DNA of 32,000 nt, from positions 660,001 through 692,000 of the forward strand of contig NZ_LNTB01000001.1 in assembly GCF_001462395.1 (NCBI RefSeq). The letters run 5' to 3'. The position numbers and the translations under genes were made by a program. The stretch comes from Pyrodictium occultum (GTDB lineage: Archaea > Thermoproteota > Thermoprotei_A > Sulfolobales > Pyrodictiaceae). Under the pieces are notes generated by a model. The model made no database searches. It was not told the DNA's origin and saw nothing but the letters and a program-made list of their open reading frames with translations. The first letter of the stretch is position 1. Every line of letters starts with the position of its first letter. Of this stretch, positions 1-7,930 are shown piece by piece.

Positions 1-547
1 CGGTTCCGTAGCCTGCTGTAGCGAGGGCCCCAGCGTTACAGTGTGTAAGGATTGTATCGCCGTCATCGATAAGCTTAGCCCCTATACGGCCTAGCTCCAT
101 ATTAGTCCTGATATCCTCTATGTGTATCTTCTTGGCCTCATCGATAACTGTCCTGATAATTCCATCCACATCCTCACCTTTCTCCAGGCTAGCCCTCGCC
201 CTATTCATGACACGGCGTAGAGCCCAGAAGAGGTTGTATGCGGTAGGCCTGGTTGAGGCTAGCAGCTTCTCAGCCTCCTGGAGCACTCTCCAGAGGGCGC
301 CCGGCTCTCTGGCGCCGGAGTAGAATGCCGCCAGCGCTAAGCCATATGCAGCAGCGACGCCTATCGCAGGGGCACCCCTGATCTCCATAGCTTTTATGGC
401 CTCAGCGACCCGGCGGTAGTCACGGGTCTCTCTATAGACCTCCTCCCACGGTAGAAGCCTGGTATCAAGCCATCTAAGCCTAGGGCCCTCAGGATCATCC
501 TCAACCCACTCGAGAGGCCTTATCCTGAGCTTTTCGAGAATCTCCAA
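1..547 (-). CDS. mtnA: S-methyl-5-thioribose-1-phosphate isomerase / aIF-2B-family protein, N-terminal part (3' end runs off the left edge)
   Basis: Edge-truncated, so it is absent from the ORF track. Reverse-strand translation from TTG (547-545) reads LEILEKLRIRPLEWVEDDPEGPRLRWLDTRLLPWEEVYRETRDYRRVAEAIKAMEIRGAPAIGVAAAYGLALA...ILTHCNAGALATAGYGT. The LDxxLLP..Y, MxIRGAPAIG and HCNAGALAT blocks are hallmarks of the eIF-2B/MtnA family. An in-frame TGA at 556-554 leaves the TTG as the only upstream start. Confidence 0.8.
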   Translation of the reverse strand, partial: MEILEKLRIRPLEWVEDDPEGPRLRWLDTRLLPWEEVYRETRDYRRVAEAIKAMEIRGAPAIGVAAAYGLALAAFYSGAREPGALWRVLQEAEKLLASTRPTAYNLFWALRRVMNRARASLEKGEDVDGIIRTVIDEAKKIHIEDIRTNMELGRIGAKLIDDGDTILTHCNAGALATAGYGT

Positions 548-580
548 GATGCATCAACCGGTTATGAGGCAGAGCACACC

Positions 581-598
581 TATAATCGGCTATAAAAG
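581..598. promoter_or_regulatory. Candidate shared TATA region of the divergent mtnA / endA pair
   Basis: TATAAT (581-586) and TATAAAA (591-597) form the only A/T-rich block in the 108-bp divergent spacer. It lies about 38-47 nt upstream of the mtnA TTG and about 60 nt upstream of the endA TTG. The spacing is imperfect for endA. Confidence 0.35.
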
Positions 599-655
599 GC
601 TTGGCGAAAGCCCAAGGCCCGGGAGTCCCAGCTGGAGAGCAGTGAGGGTGCAGGA

Positions 656-1186
656 TTGACCATAGAAATAATAGTTGAGGATCCGGAGGCCCTGGAGCTG
701 CGGATAGTAAGGGGCGTCGAAGAGGCTCTACGCTACCTACCACGCAGCAGCGCTGAAAGCGTGCATCCGCTCGAAGCACTCTACCTCGTATACAATGGCG
801 TAGCGACAGTCACTGACAGGAGGGGGAAGAGGTATAGCTTCGAGAACCTCGTAAGGCTCTACAGCCTTAGGAACCCGTACGCCTGGGTAGAGTTCGAAGT
901 CTACCTGGACCTGAGGAAAAGGGGGCGCCTACCCGTCCCCGGGCCTCGGCCTCACTCCCTGCTCCTCAAGAAGAGGAAGAAGGAGCCCAAGTTCACACAC
1001 TACATACTAGTCCTCGAGGAGAGCAGGCCGGTGAAGCTGGACACCCTGTACTCTTTCGTCGAAGAGGCTTCGAAGAACAACTGGGAGCCACTACTAGCTA
1101 TCGTAGACCGCTATGGCGACATAACATATTATACAGCATTAGTCTTCAGACCGGGCCTCACAAGGCTGCCCAAGGAGGGCGGGTAG
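656..1186 (+). CDS. endA: tRNA-splicing endonuclease subunit (EndA family; catalytic versus structural subunit not resolved)
   Basis: 176-aa ORF with a TTG start. VYLDLRKRG and LLAIVDRYGDITYY match the conserved EndA C-terminal domain blocks (VYxDLRxRG; AxVDxxGDxTYY). The usual GxKFGxDFxxY segment is degenerate (PGPRPHSLLLKK). That suggests the non-catalytic partner of a crenarchaeal heterotetramer. Confidence 0.7.
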   Translation: MTIEIIVEDPEALELRIVRGVEEALRYLPRSSAESVHPLEALYLVYNGVATVTDRRGKRYSFENLVRLYSLRNPYAWVEFEVYLDLRKRGRLPVPGPRPHSLLLKKRKKEPKFTHYILVLEESRPVKLDTLYSFVEEASKNNWEPLLAIVDRYGDITYYTALVFRPGLTRLPKEGG

Positions 1187-1192
1187 CAAGCC

Positions 1193-2500
1193 ATGAGCAA
1201 GGTGCCGCTAGAGCCCCTCCGCGGATTCCGCGACATCCTCCCGCCGGAGTCCGAGGCCCTCAGAAGACTGGCCGAGATATTCGCGAGGATAGCCAGGTCC
1301 TATGGTTACGGCGAGGTGAAGCCACCTACGCTCGAGCGGTTCCAGCTATTCGCAGTGAAATCCGGGGAGGAGATAAGACGCTCCATGTATGTGTTCCGTG
1401 ACAAGGCTGGGCGGGAGGTAGCACTCCGGCCAGAGGCAACCGCCAGCATAGCCAGGATATACCTCCGGCTCCTCCGGGGCCAGCCGAAGCCAGTGAGGCT
1501 ATACTATGTAGTCAACTGCTTCCGCTACGAGGAGCCCCAGCGGGCGCGTTACCGCGAGTTCTGGCAGGCCGGGGTAGAGCTTCTCGGGGAGCCCTCTATA
1601 TTAGGCGACTTCGAGGTCATAAAGTTACTGCTCAAGTTCTACGAGAGCATAGACATGCTTGACCACATAGTGTTAAAGATAGGCAACACCCGGCTCTACC
1701 GCAGGCTCTTCGCCAAGCATGGGATAAGCGAGGAGATCCAAGACCATATACTCCACCTAATGGATAAAGGCATGTACAAGGAGGCCCTGGAGGCGCTCAT
1801 GGGGGCGGAGCACCCCGGTCTAGCCAGTATACTGGAAGAACTATGGAGCAATGCCAGGGACGACATAGACGCAGCAAAGAACATACTCTCGAAGAGCGGC
1901 GAAGAGATCATAGAATCCCTAGAGGAGCTTAAGAAGCTAGTAGACATGCTAAAGGGCTATAATAGCAGGCTGAATCTAGAGATAGATCTAGCATTCGCGC
2001 GCGGACTAGCCTACTACACCGGCACAATATTCGAGGTAAAGGTGCCGGGGTTCCCCGTGAGCATAGCCGGGGGAGGCCGCTACGACAACCTAATCGAGCT
2101 TTACGGCGGTGAGAAGGTGCCGGGCACGGGATTCGCCATAGGGCTTGACCGCACACTAGCAGCTATGGAGAGTTCGGGGCTTAGACCAAGAATAATATAC
2201 CAGGAGCCGGTGAGGATAGCTGTAATAGTCCTTGACGAGTCGCTGGCACCCTACGCAGCCAAGGTGCAAGACATACTGGCGTCAAAGGATAACGTGTCAG
2301 CCGCACTCTACACGGGCTCGAAGCTCCAGAAAATGCTCCCCCGGCTGGCCAAGCAGGGCTACCACTATGCGGCCATAGTAGGCAAGCAGGAGGCCAGGGA
2401 GGGTAAGCTCGTTCTACGAGATCTGGCGAAGAGGGAGCAGAGGGTCCTGACCCTTGAGGAGCTCAGAGAGCTAAACCTCACAGAATTAGAATTTAGATGA
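1193..2500 (+). CDS. hisS: Histidine--tRNA ligase
   Basis: 435 aa. Carries class II HisRS signatures LRGFRDILPPE, RPEATASIAR, FRYEEPQRARYREFWQAG, GGGRYDNL and GFAIGLDR. The ATG lies 6 nt after the endA stop, so co-transcription is likely. Confidence 0.95.
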   Translation: MSKVPLEPLRGFRDILPPESEALRRLAEIFARIARSYGYGEVKPPTLERFQLFAVKSGEEIRRSMYVFRDKAGREVALRPEATASIARIYLRLLRGQPKPVRLYYVVNCFRYEEPQRARYREFWQAGVELLGEPSILGDFEVIKLLLKFYESIDMLDHIVLKIGNTRLYRRLFAKHGISEEIQDHILHLMDKGMYKEALEALMGAEHPGLASILEELWSNARDDIDAAKNILSKSGEEIIESLEELKKLVDMLKGYNSRLNLEIDLAFARGLAYYTGTIFEVKVPGFPVSIAGGGRYDNLIELYGGEKVPGTGFAIGLDRTLAAMESSGLRPRIIYQEPVRIAVIVLDESLAPYAAKVQDILASKDNVSAALYTGSKLQKMLPRLAKQGYHYAAIVGKQEAREGKLVLRDLAKREQRVLTLEELRELNLTELEFR

Positions 2501-2520
2501 GGTAATTGCATGCTACAATG

Positions 2521-2590
2521 CCTCTGTGATGAGTCCAGGCAGTCTACCAGTATTAACCCTCTCTCCTTTGAACCCCTACGGCTGAAGGGG
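2521..2590 (+). ncRNA. Candidate box C/D-like sRNA between hisS and tmcA
   Basis: Consensus C box GUGAUGA (2526-2532) and D box CUGA (2582-2585), flanked by complementary CCUCU (2521-2525) and AGGGG (2586-2590). The 49-nt interior has no recognisable D'/C' pair, and its 5' half has no GA dinucleotide. The stem register is not ideal for a 3-nt-bulge K-turn. Confidence 0.3.
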
Positions 2591-2600
2591 AAGAGGGCTT

Positions 2601-5249
2601 TTGGGCGCCATTGACGTCAGCTACGAGGACCTTACGAAGAAGGATATAGAGGACCTGGGTAAGCGCGTAGCTGAGCGTCTAAAGGATTACGTGCCTGCAA
2701 GCTTCAACAAGCTTCTCAGAAAGCTAAGCAGGGGAATAGAAAGGTCCATCGTGTCCAGGCATAGGAGGCTTCTCGTAGTCACTGGCAGCGATCCAGTAAA
2801 GATAGGCGCCACCGTTGCAAGAGCCCTACTCTTCTATGAGAGGGTGTACCGCAGGGTAAAGGGTAAAGAAGAGCTGCCACTACTCTACGTGTTCCACGAC
2901 GAGTTTAAGGACGCCAAAATAAGGAAGGAGATAGTAAAGAGGACTCTAAAATCTAGAGCCAATATGATAACACACATTATAGCAAGGTACGAGGAGAGCG
3001 ACCGCTTCCTAGGAACCACTTTCAAGCTACTAGTCATGGATCTCGTTAACGATCTCAAGCCAAACGATGTAGGCAGGCTCGTGGGGATAGTCGAGGGAGG
3101 CGGGCTCATAGTATTCATGGTGCCTCCGTGGATCGAATGGGACCGGTGGATGACCATATTCAAGCAGAACCTCCTAGTGCCCGGCTACCGGGAGCCCCGT
3201 CACATCTTCATAAAGAGGTTCAAGCGCAAGCTAATAGAGCATGACGGGATCTACATATACGACGTCGACGATGAAGAGGTTATCAAGGCCGACGACTACC
3301 CCATGAAGCGCTACAGCAGGGAGGAGATAAAGATCCCTAGGGAGACGCTCTTCCCCCGTGAGCTCTACGAGCTAGCGCTCACCCAGGACCAGGTAAACGT
3401 GATAAAGACTATAGAGCTGCTCTTAGAGAGGAACTCAAAGAAGAGGAAGAAAGCAATAGTGATAACCTCGGATCGTGGTAGAGGCAAGTCGGGAGCAGTA
3501 GGCATAGCCTCGATAGGCCTAGCAGTAGGGCTCGCCAAGGAGCGCAGAAGAGTCAGGATAGTAGTGACCGCTCCCAACCTGTCTAACGTGCAGTCCTTCT
3601 TCACCCTGGCAAGCAGGGCTGCCGAGAAGCTCAAGCTGAAGACCAGGATCGTAAAGCGTGGAGACAATATACTAGAGCTTCACGGCGAGGGCTTCAGCAT
3701 AGAGTACTGGGAGCCCATACACGTGCCGAAGCTGAAGGCAGACATAGTGGTAGTTGACGAGGCTGCAGGCATGCATGTACCACTACTACACCGTATATGG
3801 CGCAGCCACCGCAGAATGATATTCGCAACCACCATCCACGGCTACGAGGGTGCCGGGAGAGGCTTCTCTGTAAGATTCCTCCCCGCCCTCAAGAAGGACC
3901 CGAGGACCGAGGTTATAGAAGTCGAGATGCATGAGCCGATACGCTATGCGCCCGACGACCCTATAGAGAAGTGGCTCTTCGACGCACTCCTGCTCGACGC
4001 CGAGCCCGCCGAGCTGGGCGAGGACGATATCAAGGCCATAGAGGAGGGCAGGCTTGAGTATGTACGCTTCGACCCCGAGTGGCTCTTCAGCCCCGAAGGG
4101 GAGGAGACGCTGCGCCAGCTCTTCGGCATCTATGTCCTAGCCCACTACCGCAACGAGCCCGACGACCTGGCTATACTGGCTGACGCGCCCCACCACATTA
4201 TACGCGGGGTACGCGTGCCCTCGGGCAAGATAGTGTGCGCACTCCAGATAGCTAACGAGGGCGGCCTGGACGACGAGATGATTGAGGAGCTGCTGCGCGG
4301 CGGGAAGACGCCAGGCAACATTATACCCGACAGGATGCTTAAGCATCTCCGCATCCGCGAGTTCGGCAGCGCCCGCGGATGGAGGATTGTACGCATAGCA
4401 ACCCATCCCGATGTACAGGGGAAGGGGATAGGCTCCTTCGCCCTCAGCAAGGTTACAGAAGAGGCCGTGGAGAGGGGGCTTGACTGGGTCGGGAGCGGCT
4501 TCGGCGTCAACGAGCAGCTGCTGAGGTTCTGGCTGAAAAACGGGTTCCTCCCCGTGCACATGTCGCCCGACCGTAACCCCGTCAGCGGCGAGTACACCAT
4601 ACTGGTAATAAAACCCATAAAGGATCTGATGAAGAGGCTAGTGGATCTCGCCAACCGCGAGTTCAAGAGGAAGGTCCTCGAGAGCCTCCACGATCCCTAC
4701 CGGGACCTCGAGACACAGGTTGCAATACAGATACTGAAGAGCGGGAACCCGGTATTCGAGGACTACTACCCGAGGCTTACGCCGATCCAGGTAGACCGGC
4801 TATGGATATACGCCTACGGCCCCATGACATACGAGGCTGTTGCTGACGCAATAAAGGAGGTCGCCAAGGCCTACTGGCTCACGTACCCGAAGACCAGGGG
4901 GCTCAGCCTCTCCAAGAGGGAGGAGTACATAGTAGTTGCCAAGGTGCTGCAGGGCAGGAGCTGGGATGCGGTAGCAGAGGAGCTTAAGACCCGCCCTCAC
5001 AGCGTGATGGTGACGTTAAAGGATGTTGCCAGGAAGGTGCTGAAGATATACTATCAGCTTGACTCAGAGTCGCCTGTGGGTATAGATGCTGAGAAGCTGC
5101 TGGAGAAGCTGGATAAGGGAAGTATATTCTTAGAGCCTATTACCGTGCGCAAAGCCCGCAAGAGGGAGGAGAGGAGAAAGCCCAAGAGCACAGAAGAGGA
5201 TCATGAAGGTGGAGGAGAGGGTGAGGAGGGCGGCCAGGCAGACGGCTAA
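2601..5249 (+). CDS. tmcA: tRNA/rRNA cytidine N4-acetyltransferase (TmcA / Nat10-Kre33 homologue)
   Basis: 882 aa with a TTG start. Helicase-like P-loop SDRGRGKSGAVG and Walker B VVVDEAA. Family block TTIHGYEGAGRGF and GNAT acetyl-CoA motif RIVRIATHPDVQGKGIGS. The C-terminal tail is low complexity, first basic then acidic/Gly-rich. Confidence 0.9.
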   Translation: MGAIDVSYEDLTKKDIEDLGKRVAERLKDYVPASFNKLLRKLSRGIERSIVSRHRRLLVVTGSDPVKIGATVARALLFYERVYRRVKGKEELPLLYVFHDEFKDAKIRKEIVKRTLKSRANMITHIIARYEESDRFLGTTFKLLVMDLVNDLKPNDVGRLVGIVEGGGLIVFMVPPWIEWDRWMTIFKQNLLVPGYREPRHIFIKRFKRKLIEHDGIYIYDVDDEEVIKADDYPMKRYSREEIKIPRETLFPRELYELALTQDQVNVIKTIELLLERNSKKRKKAIVITSDRGRGKSGAVGIASIGLAVGLAKERRRVRIVVTAPNLSNVQSFFTLASRAAEKLKLKTRIVKRGDNILELHGEGFSIEYWEPIHVPKLKADIVVVDEAAGMHVPLLHRIWRSHRRMIFATTIHGYEGAGRGFSVRFLPALKKDPRTEVIEVEMHEPIRYAPDDPIEKWLFDALLLDAEPAELGEDDIKAIEEGRLEYVRFDPEWLFSPEGEETLRQLFGIYVLAHYRNEPDDLAILADAPHHIIRGVRVPSGKIVCALQIANEGGLDDEMIEELLRGGKTPGNIIPDRMLKHLRIREFGSARGWRIVRIATHPDVQGKGIGSFALSKVTEEAVERGLDWVGSGFGVNEQLLRFWLKNGFLPVHMSPDRNPVSGEYTILVIKPIKDLMKRLVDLANREFKRKVLESLHDPYRDLETQVAIQILKSGNPVFEDYYPRLTPIQVDRLWIYAYGPMTYEAVADAIKEVAKAYWLTYPKTRGLSLSKREEYIVVAKVLQGRSWDAVAEELKTRPHSVMVTLKDVARKVLKIYYQLDSESPVGIDAEKLLEKLDKGSIFLEPITVRKARKREERRKPKSTEEDHEGGGEGEEGGQADG

Positions 5250-6280
5250 GGCGACGCCTCTATACGGGCTCCCCTATTCCTCGGCCTCAGCAGGAGGACC
5301 CGGCCGCGTCCTCCGAGCTCTTCTCTGAGCCTTCTATGGGCCTTCTCGGCCTCGCGGCTGTCTGGGTAGAAGCCGTAGACCAGGGGGCCCCAGCTGCTCT
5401 GCCCCACCCCTCTCGCGCCGAGCCTCCGAAGAAGCCTCGCCGCCTCCTCCGACTCGGGGCAGCAGTAGAGCCCAGACTGGGCGCTTGCGAAGAAGCTGCC
5501 CGTCAGCCGCTGGATCTCATCCACGCCCCGGGTGAAGAGCTTGAAGTCGCTCTCAGCGATGCCTGGCACAATCATGCGGAGTAGCGCGTGCATAGCCTTA
5601 CAGCACATGTCCATGCTCCCGCGGGGCAGCTGCATCAGCTCCTCCTCTACAGGTCCCTCCTCCACGCGCCAGCGGGCCTCGGGCACAACGGCCACGATCC
5701 TCCACTCCTCTGGAACTCTGCCGTGGAGAGCGGGCCTCGCAGGCCGGGCGGTGTTGGCGAGCTGCACCCCCGCGTCGACTATGAAGCCGCCGTAGAGGAA
5801 TGCGCCTACACCTATGCCGGAGTAGGGCCCCCTGCCTGCCGCCTCCACCGCGTCATGCAAGTCCAGCCCCGCGAGCCTGGCGACAGCCGCGTATATGGCT
5901 AGGGTCAGCTGAGTGGTGGAGCCTAGGCCTACGTGGCTTGGTATGCACTCCTCTAGCCTCAGCTCCAGGGGCTCACGGAGGCCAAGAGCCCTCTTGGCCT
6001 TCTCCAGGATGCCGCGGGCTCTATCAGCGTCGCAGCCATTCACAGCATCGGCCTCCGATAGCTGGGCTAGGAGCCTGTAGCCTACTCCATCCACCGCTAT
6101 TCCTATGCCTCCTAGCAGCCTCCCAGCGCTGCTGCAGAGCCCGTAGAAGCCGAGGTGGAGGCGCGCTCCTGTCTCAACCCTTACCCGAACAGCCACGGAG
6201 TCATTCACCCTTAAGGCGCTGCTAGCGCCTAGAGGCCTCGCAGCACGCCACACGTCAGCCGAGAACCGAGTCATCACCAA
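5246..6280 (-). CDS. mptG: beta-ribofuranosylaminobenzene 5'-phosphate (beta-RFAP) synthase family protein (GHMP-kinase fold)
   Basis: 344 aa. GHMP motif HVGLGSTTQL, N-terminal RVETGARLHLGF and C-terminal GQSSWGPLVY match the MJ1427-type beta-RFAP synthase pattern. The ORF opens with TTG at 6280, and the in-frame ATG at 6274 is an equally good start. Confidence 0.75.
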   Translation of the reverse strand: MVMTRFSADVWRAARPLGASSALRVNDSVAVRVRVETGARLHLGFYGLCSSAGRLLGGIGIAVDGVGYRLLAQLSEADAVNGCDADRARGILEKAKRALGLREPLELRLEECIPSHVGLGSTTQLTLAIYAAVARLAGLDLHDAVEAAGRGPYSGIGVGAFLYGGFIVDAGVQLANTARPARPALHGRVPEEWRIVAVVPEARWRVEEGPVEEELMQLPRGSMDMCCKAMHALLRMIVPGIAESDFKLFTRGVDEIQRLTGSFFASAQSGLYCCPESEEAARLLRRLGARGVGQSSWGPLVYGFYPDSREAEKAHRRLREELGGRGRVLLLRPRNRGARIEASP

Positions 6281-6308
6281 GGCCTCTGCTCAGCATAATA
6301 CTCCATCA

Positions 6309-7013
6309 TCACGCGTACTCCACCCGGGTACCGCGCGCACGCGCGTAGGCGGCGAATAACCTTGCTAGGATACCTGCTATCCCTAGCTTACGCGCCTTCT
6401 CTGGCCAGGGCTTTACGCTGCCTCTAAGCCATGGCTTGGACCACCAGCCCGTCGGCTCCCTGGTGTCCATCCCATAGAGGGTTACGCGGGCGGCTCCGCA
6501 GAGGACCGCGAGGCCGAGAGCACGGTCTCCATCGGTGAATCCCGGCGCCAGCGACGAGTACCTGCCTGGCATGCACTGGTTTGTCCCAGCCAGCCTCTGA
6601 AGCCGCGGCACCAGGGCTTTGAGAGCCGCCACATTGTCGCCATGGGCGTGTACGACTATGATGCTGCCCTCACGCCCTGCCTCGAGCAGGTAGTGCCAGG
6701 AGCCGTCGAGGTCGGTGACAACGATATCGGGCAGGAAGCCATTCTGGAGAAGCAGCGCCGAGGCGCCATCGGCGGCTACAAGCCTCTCGCAGCCCTCCAA
6801 CTCCCCCAGCCTGGCCTCGAGCCCCGCCGCGCCGCCTGCCAGACAGACGTGCTTGTCCCGGAGCAGGCTACAGGCCTCGGATACCCCCGTATATCTCCCC
6901 TCCAAGAGGGCCTCGTAGAGCAGGGATTCCAGTACACGGGCTGCGAGGCAGTCCTCCCGGAGGCTGTACCTCATGGTCCCTCGCGCAGCGTCCAACAGCT
7001 CCGCCAACAACAT
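6309..7013 (-). CDS. mptE: 6-hydroxymethyl-7,8-dihydropterin pyrophosphokinase, MptE-like (DUF115)
   Basis: The DIVVTDLDGS and VVHAHGDN blocks are characteristic of the MJ1634/MptE family. The ORF is open to 7100. Residues encoded by 7014-7100 are low complexity and overlap the better-conserved start of the divergent gene, so the start is placed at ATG 7013. ATG 6974 is also possible. The gene lies 28 nt upstream of mptG on the same strand. Confidence 0.65.
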   Translation of the reverse strand: MLLAELLDAARGTMRYSLREDCLAARVLESLLYEALLEGRYTGVSEACSLLRDKHVCLAGGAAGLEARLGELEGCERLVAADGASALLLQNGFLPDIVVTDLDGSWHYLLEAGREGSIIVVHAHGDNVAALKALVPRLQRLAGTNQCMPGRYSSLAPGFTDGDRALGLAVLCGAARVTLYGMDTREPTGWWSKPWLRGSVKPWPEKARKLGIAGILARLFAAYARARGTRVEYA

Positions 7014-7665
7014 GGACTCCCTAATCCCCCACGACAGGTACGTTGAGCTGCTCGCGGTGCTGCAGGCGCCCGGCGAGGCCATGGTTACGCCCCTCGGCAT
7101 ACGGCGCGAGGGAGGCAGGCTTGTAGCCCGCCTCTACCCGGGCACGAGACTACAGCCCCTGGGCTACAGCGTTTACGAGGCATGCCTAGCCCAGCCCTAC
7201 GACCCGCTGAGCTACTACAGTGCAGTGCTCGAGCACAGCGTTGAACTGGAGCCCGCCAGGGCGGTGCACGCGCCCTGCCCCAGGGCCGAGGGGCCCAGGG
7301 TGGAGGCCATAGTATCGTCCCGGGAACGAGCCCCGGGAGGCTTCATAGTCCTCTGGCTAGACCCCATCCATGTGGAGGAAGGCGGTGGCTGGGCCCTCTA
7401 CTCTAGGAGCCTAGGGTGCAGCATAGAGCTGCTCATAGCCCTTACGAGGCTCAGATTCTGGGCCCGCGCGCGGAGCCTGACACCGGAGCCCCCCTGCAGG
7501 ACCGTGAGGAGGCTCGCATACACGGTGCTGGAGTCCTTCGACTGCATACTCCACAGCACCTGGAGCCCGGAGCTGCACCGGGCAGCGGCGAGGGCGGCCA
7601 GGGAGGCTCTCGACAACGCCTATATGGCCGGCTGCCTGGCCCCCAGCGAGGTGGAGGCGTTTTAG
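7012..7665 (+). CDS. DUF447-like (FMN-binding split-barrel-like) protein associated with pterin/H4MPT-type clusters
   Basis: ELLAVLQAPGEAMVTPLGIRREGGRLVARLYPGTR resembles the DUF447 N-terminal pattern (vvtT..g.pNaaPmGv...g.l.l.lf.gS.T). The gene is divergent from mptE-mptG. The ORF track start is 6973, but I prefer ATG 7012. Family assignment is by eye only. Confidence 0.45.
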   Translation: MDSLIPHDRYVELLAVLQAPGEAMVTPLGIRREGGRLVARLYPGTRLQPLGYSVYEACLAQPYDPLSYYSAVLEHSVELEPARAVHAPCPRAEGPRVEAIVSSRERAPGGFIVLWLDPIHVEEGGGWALYSRSLGCSIELLIALTRLRFWARARSLTPEPPCRTVRRLAYTVLESFDCILHSTWSPELHRAAARAAREALDNAYMAGCLAPSEVEAF

Positions 7666-7669
7666 CCGC

Positions 7670-7930
7670 TGGAGCCGGGCCTGGAGGGGTTAAAGACCCC
7701 TCGGGGCCTAGCCGTCTAGACCCGGCTGGCGGGGCTCGCCGCCGCGACAGCCCCGCAGCCGGGGCCCCGGGAAGGCGGATGAGCGGCGGACCCTCACGGC
7801 TGGGGGTCGGGGGCGAACACCCTCTCACTCCACTACCCGGGCTCGAGCCACCGGGGAAGGGGGGTCTAGGAGCCCGCGCCGGGCCTGCTTCTAGCCTCCT
7901 GCGGGTTAAGAGGGTACGCGAGCTGGTGCC
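7670..7930. other. Very G+C-rich, hairpin-dense block between convergent genes; possible structured RNA of unknown class
   Basis: Hand counts give 43/60, 49/60 and 43/60 G+C for lines 7681-7860. A long composite hairpin spans 7721-7763: CCCGGCUG / CAGCCGGG enclosing GGGGCU / AGCCCC. A second hairpin lies at 7684-7702. An 8-nt inverted pair is CTAGACCC (7716-7723) / GGGTCTAG (7862-7869). Only stop-free mirror ORFs with Pro/Gly/Arg-rich translations cross the block. Confidence 0.3.

Noticed and set aside
120-779. ORFs 120-323 (plus) and 501-779 (minus) from the ORF track
   Set aside because: The first lies antisense inside the strongly supported mtnA reading frame. The second spans the divergent promoter region and the start of endA. 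Neither has a recognisable motif.
7014-7100. N-terminal 29-codon extension of the MptE-like ORF (MPRGVTMASPGACSTASSSTYLSWGIRES)
   Set aside because: It is low complexity and lies antisense to the conserved DUF447-like N-terminus (..AMVTPLGIR..). Both cannot reasonably be coding, so the mptE start was moved to 7013 or 6974.
7684-7702. tRNA T-arm-like hairpin GAGGGG-TTAAAGA-CCCCTC
   Set aside because: The 7-nt loop has A where the invariant C56 should be, and the stem is 6 bp rather than 5. No acceptor, D or anticodon arms can be built around it.
7670-7930. SRP (7S) RNA or RNase P RNA as the identity of the G+C-rich blocks at 7670-7930 and 20100-20360
   Set aside because: Neither strand of either block contains the near-universal RNase P CR-I sequence GGAAAGUCC. 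Neither contains an SRP helix-8 signature (GNAR tetraloop followed by GGAGCA/AGCA). The closest strings (CCGGGAAGGCGGAUGAGC; CCAGGAGGGAACCAAG) deviate at the conserved positions. The class is left open rather than named.
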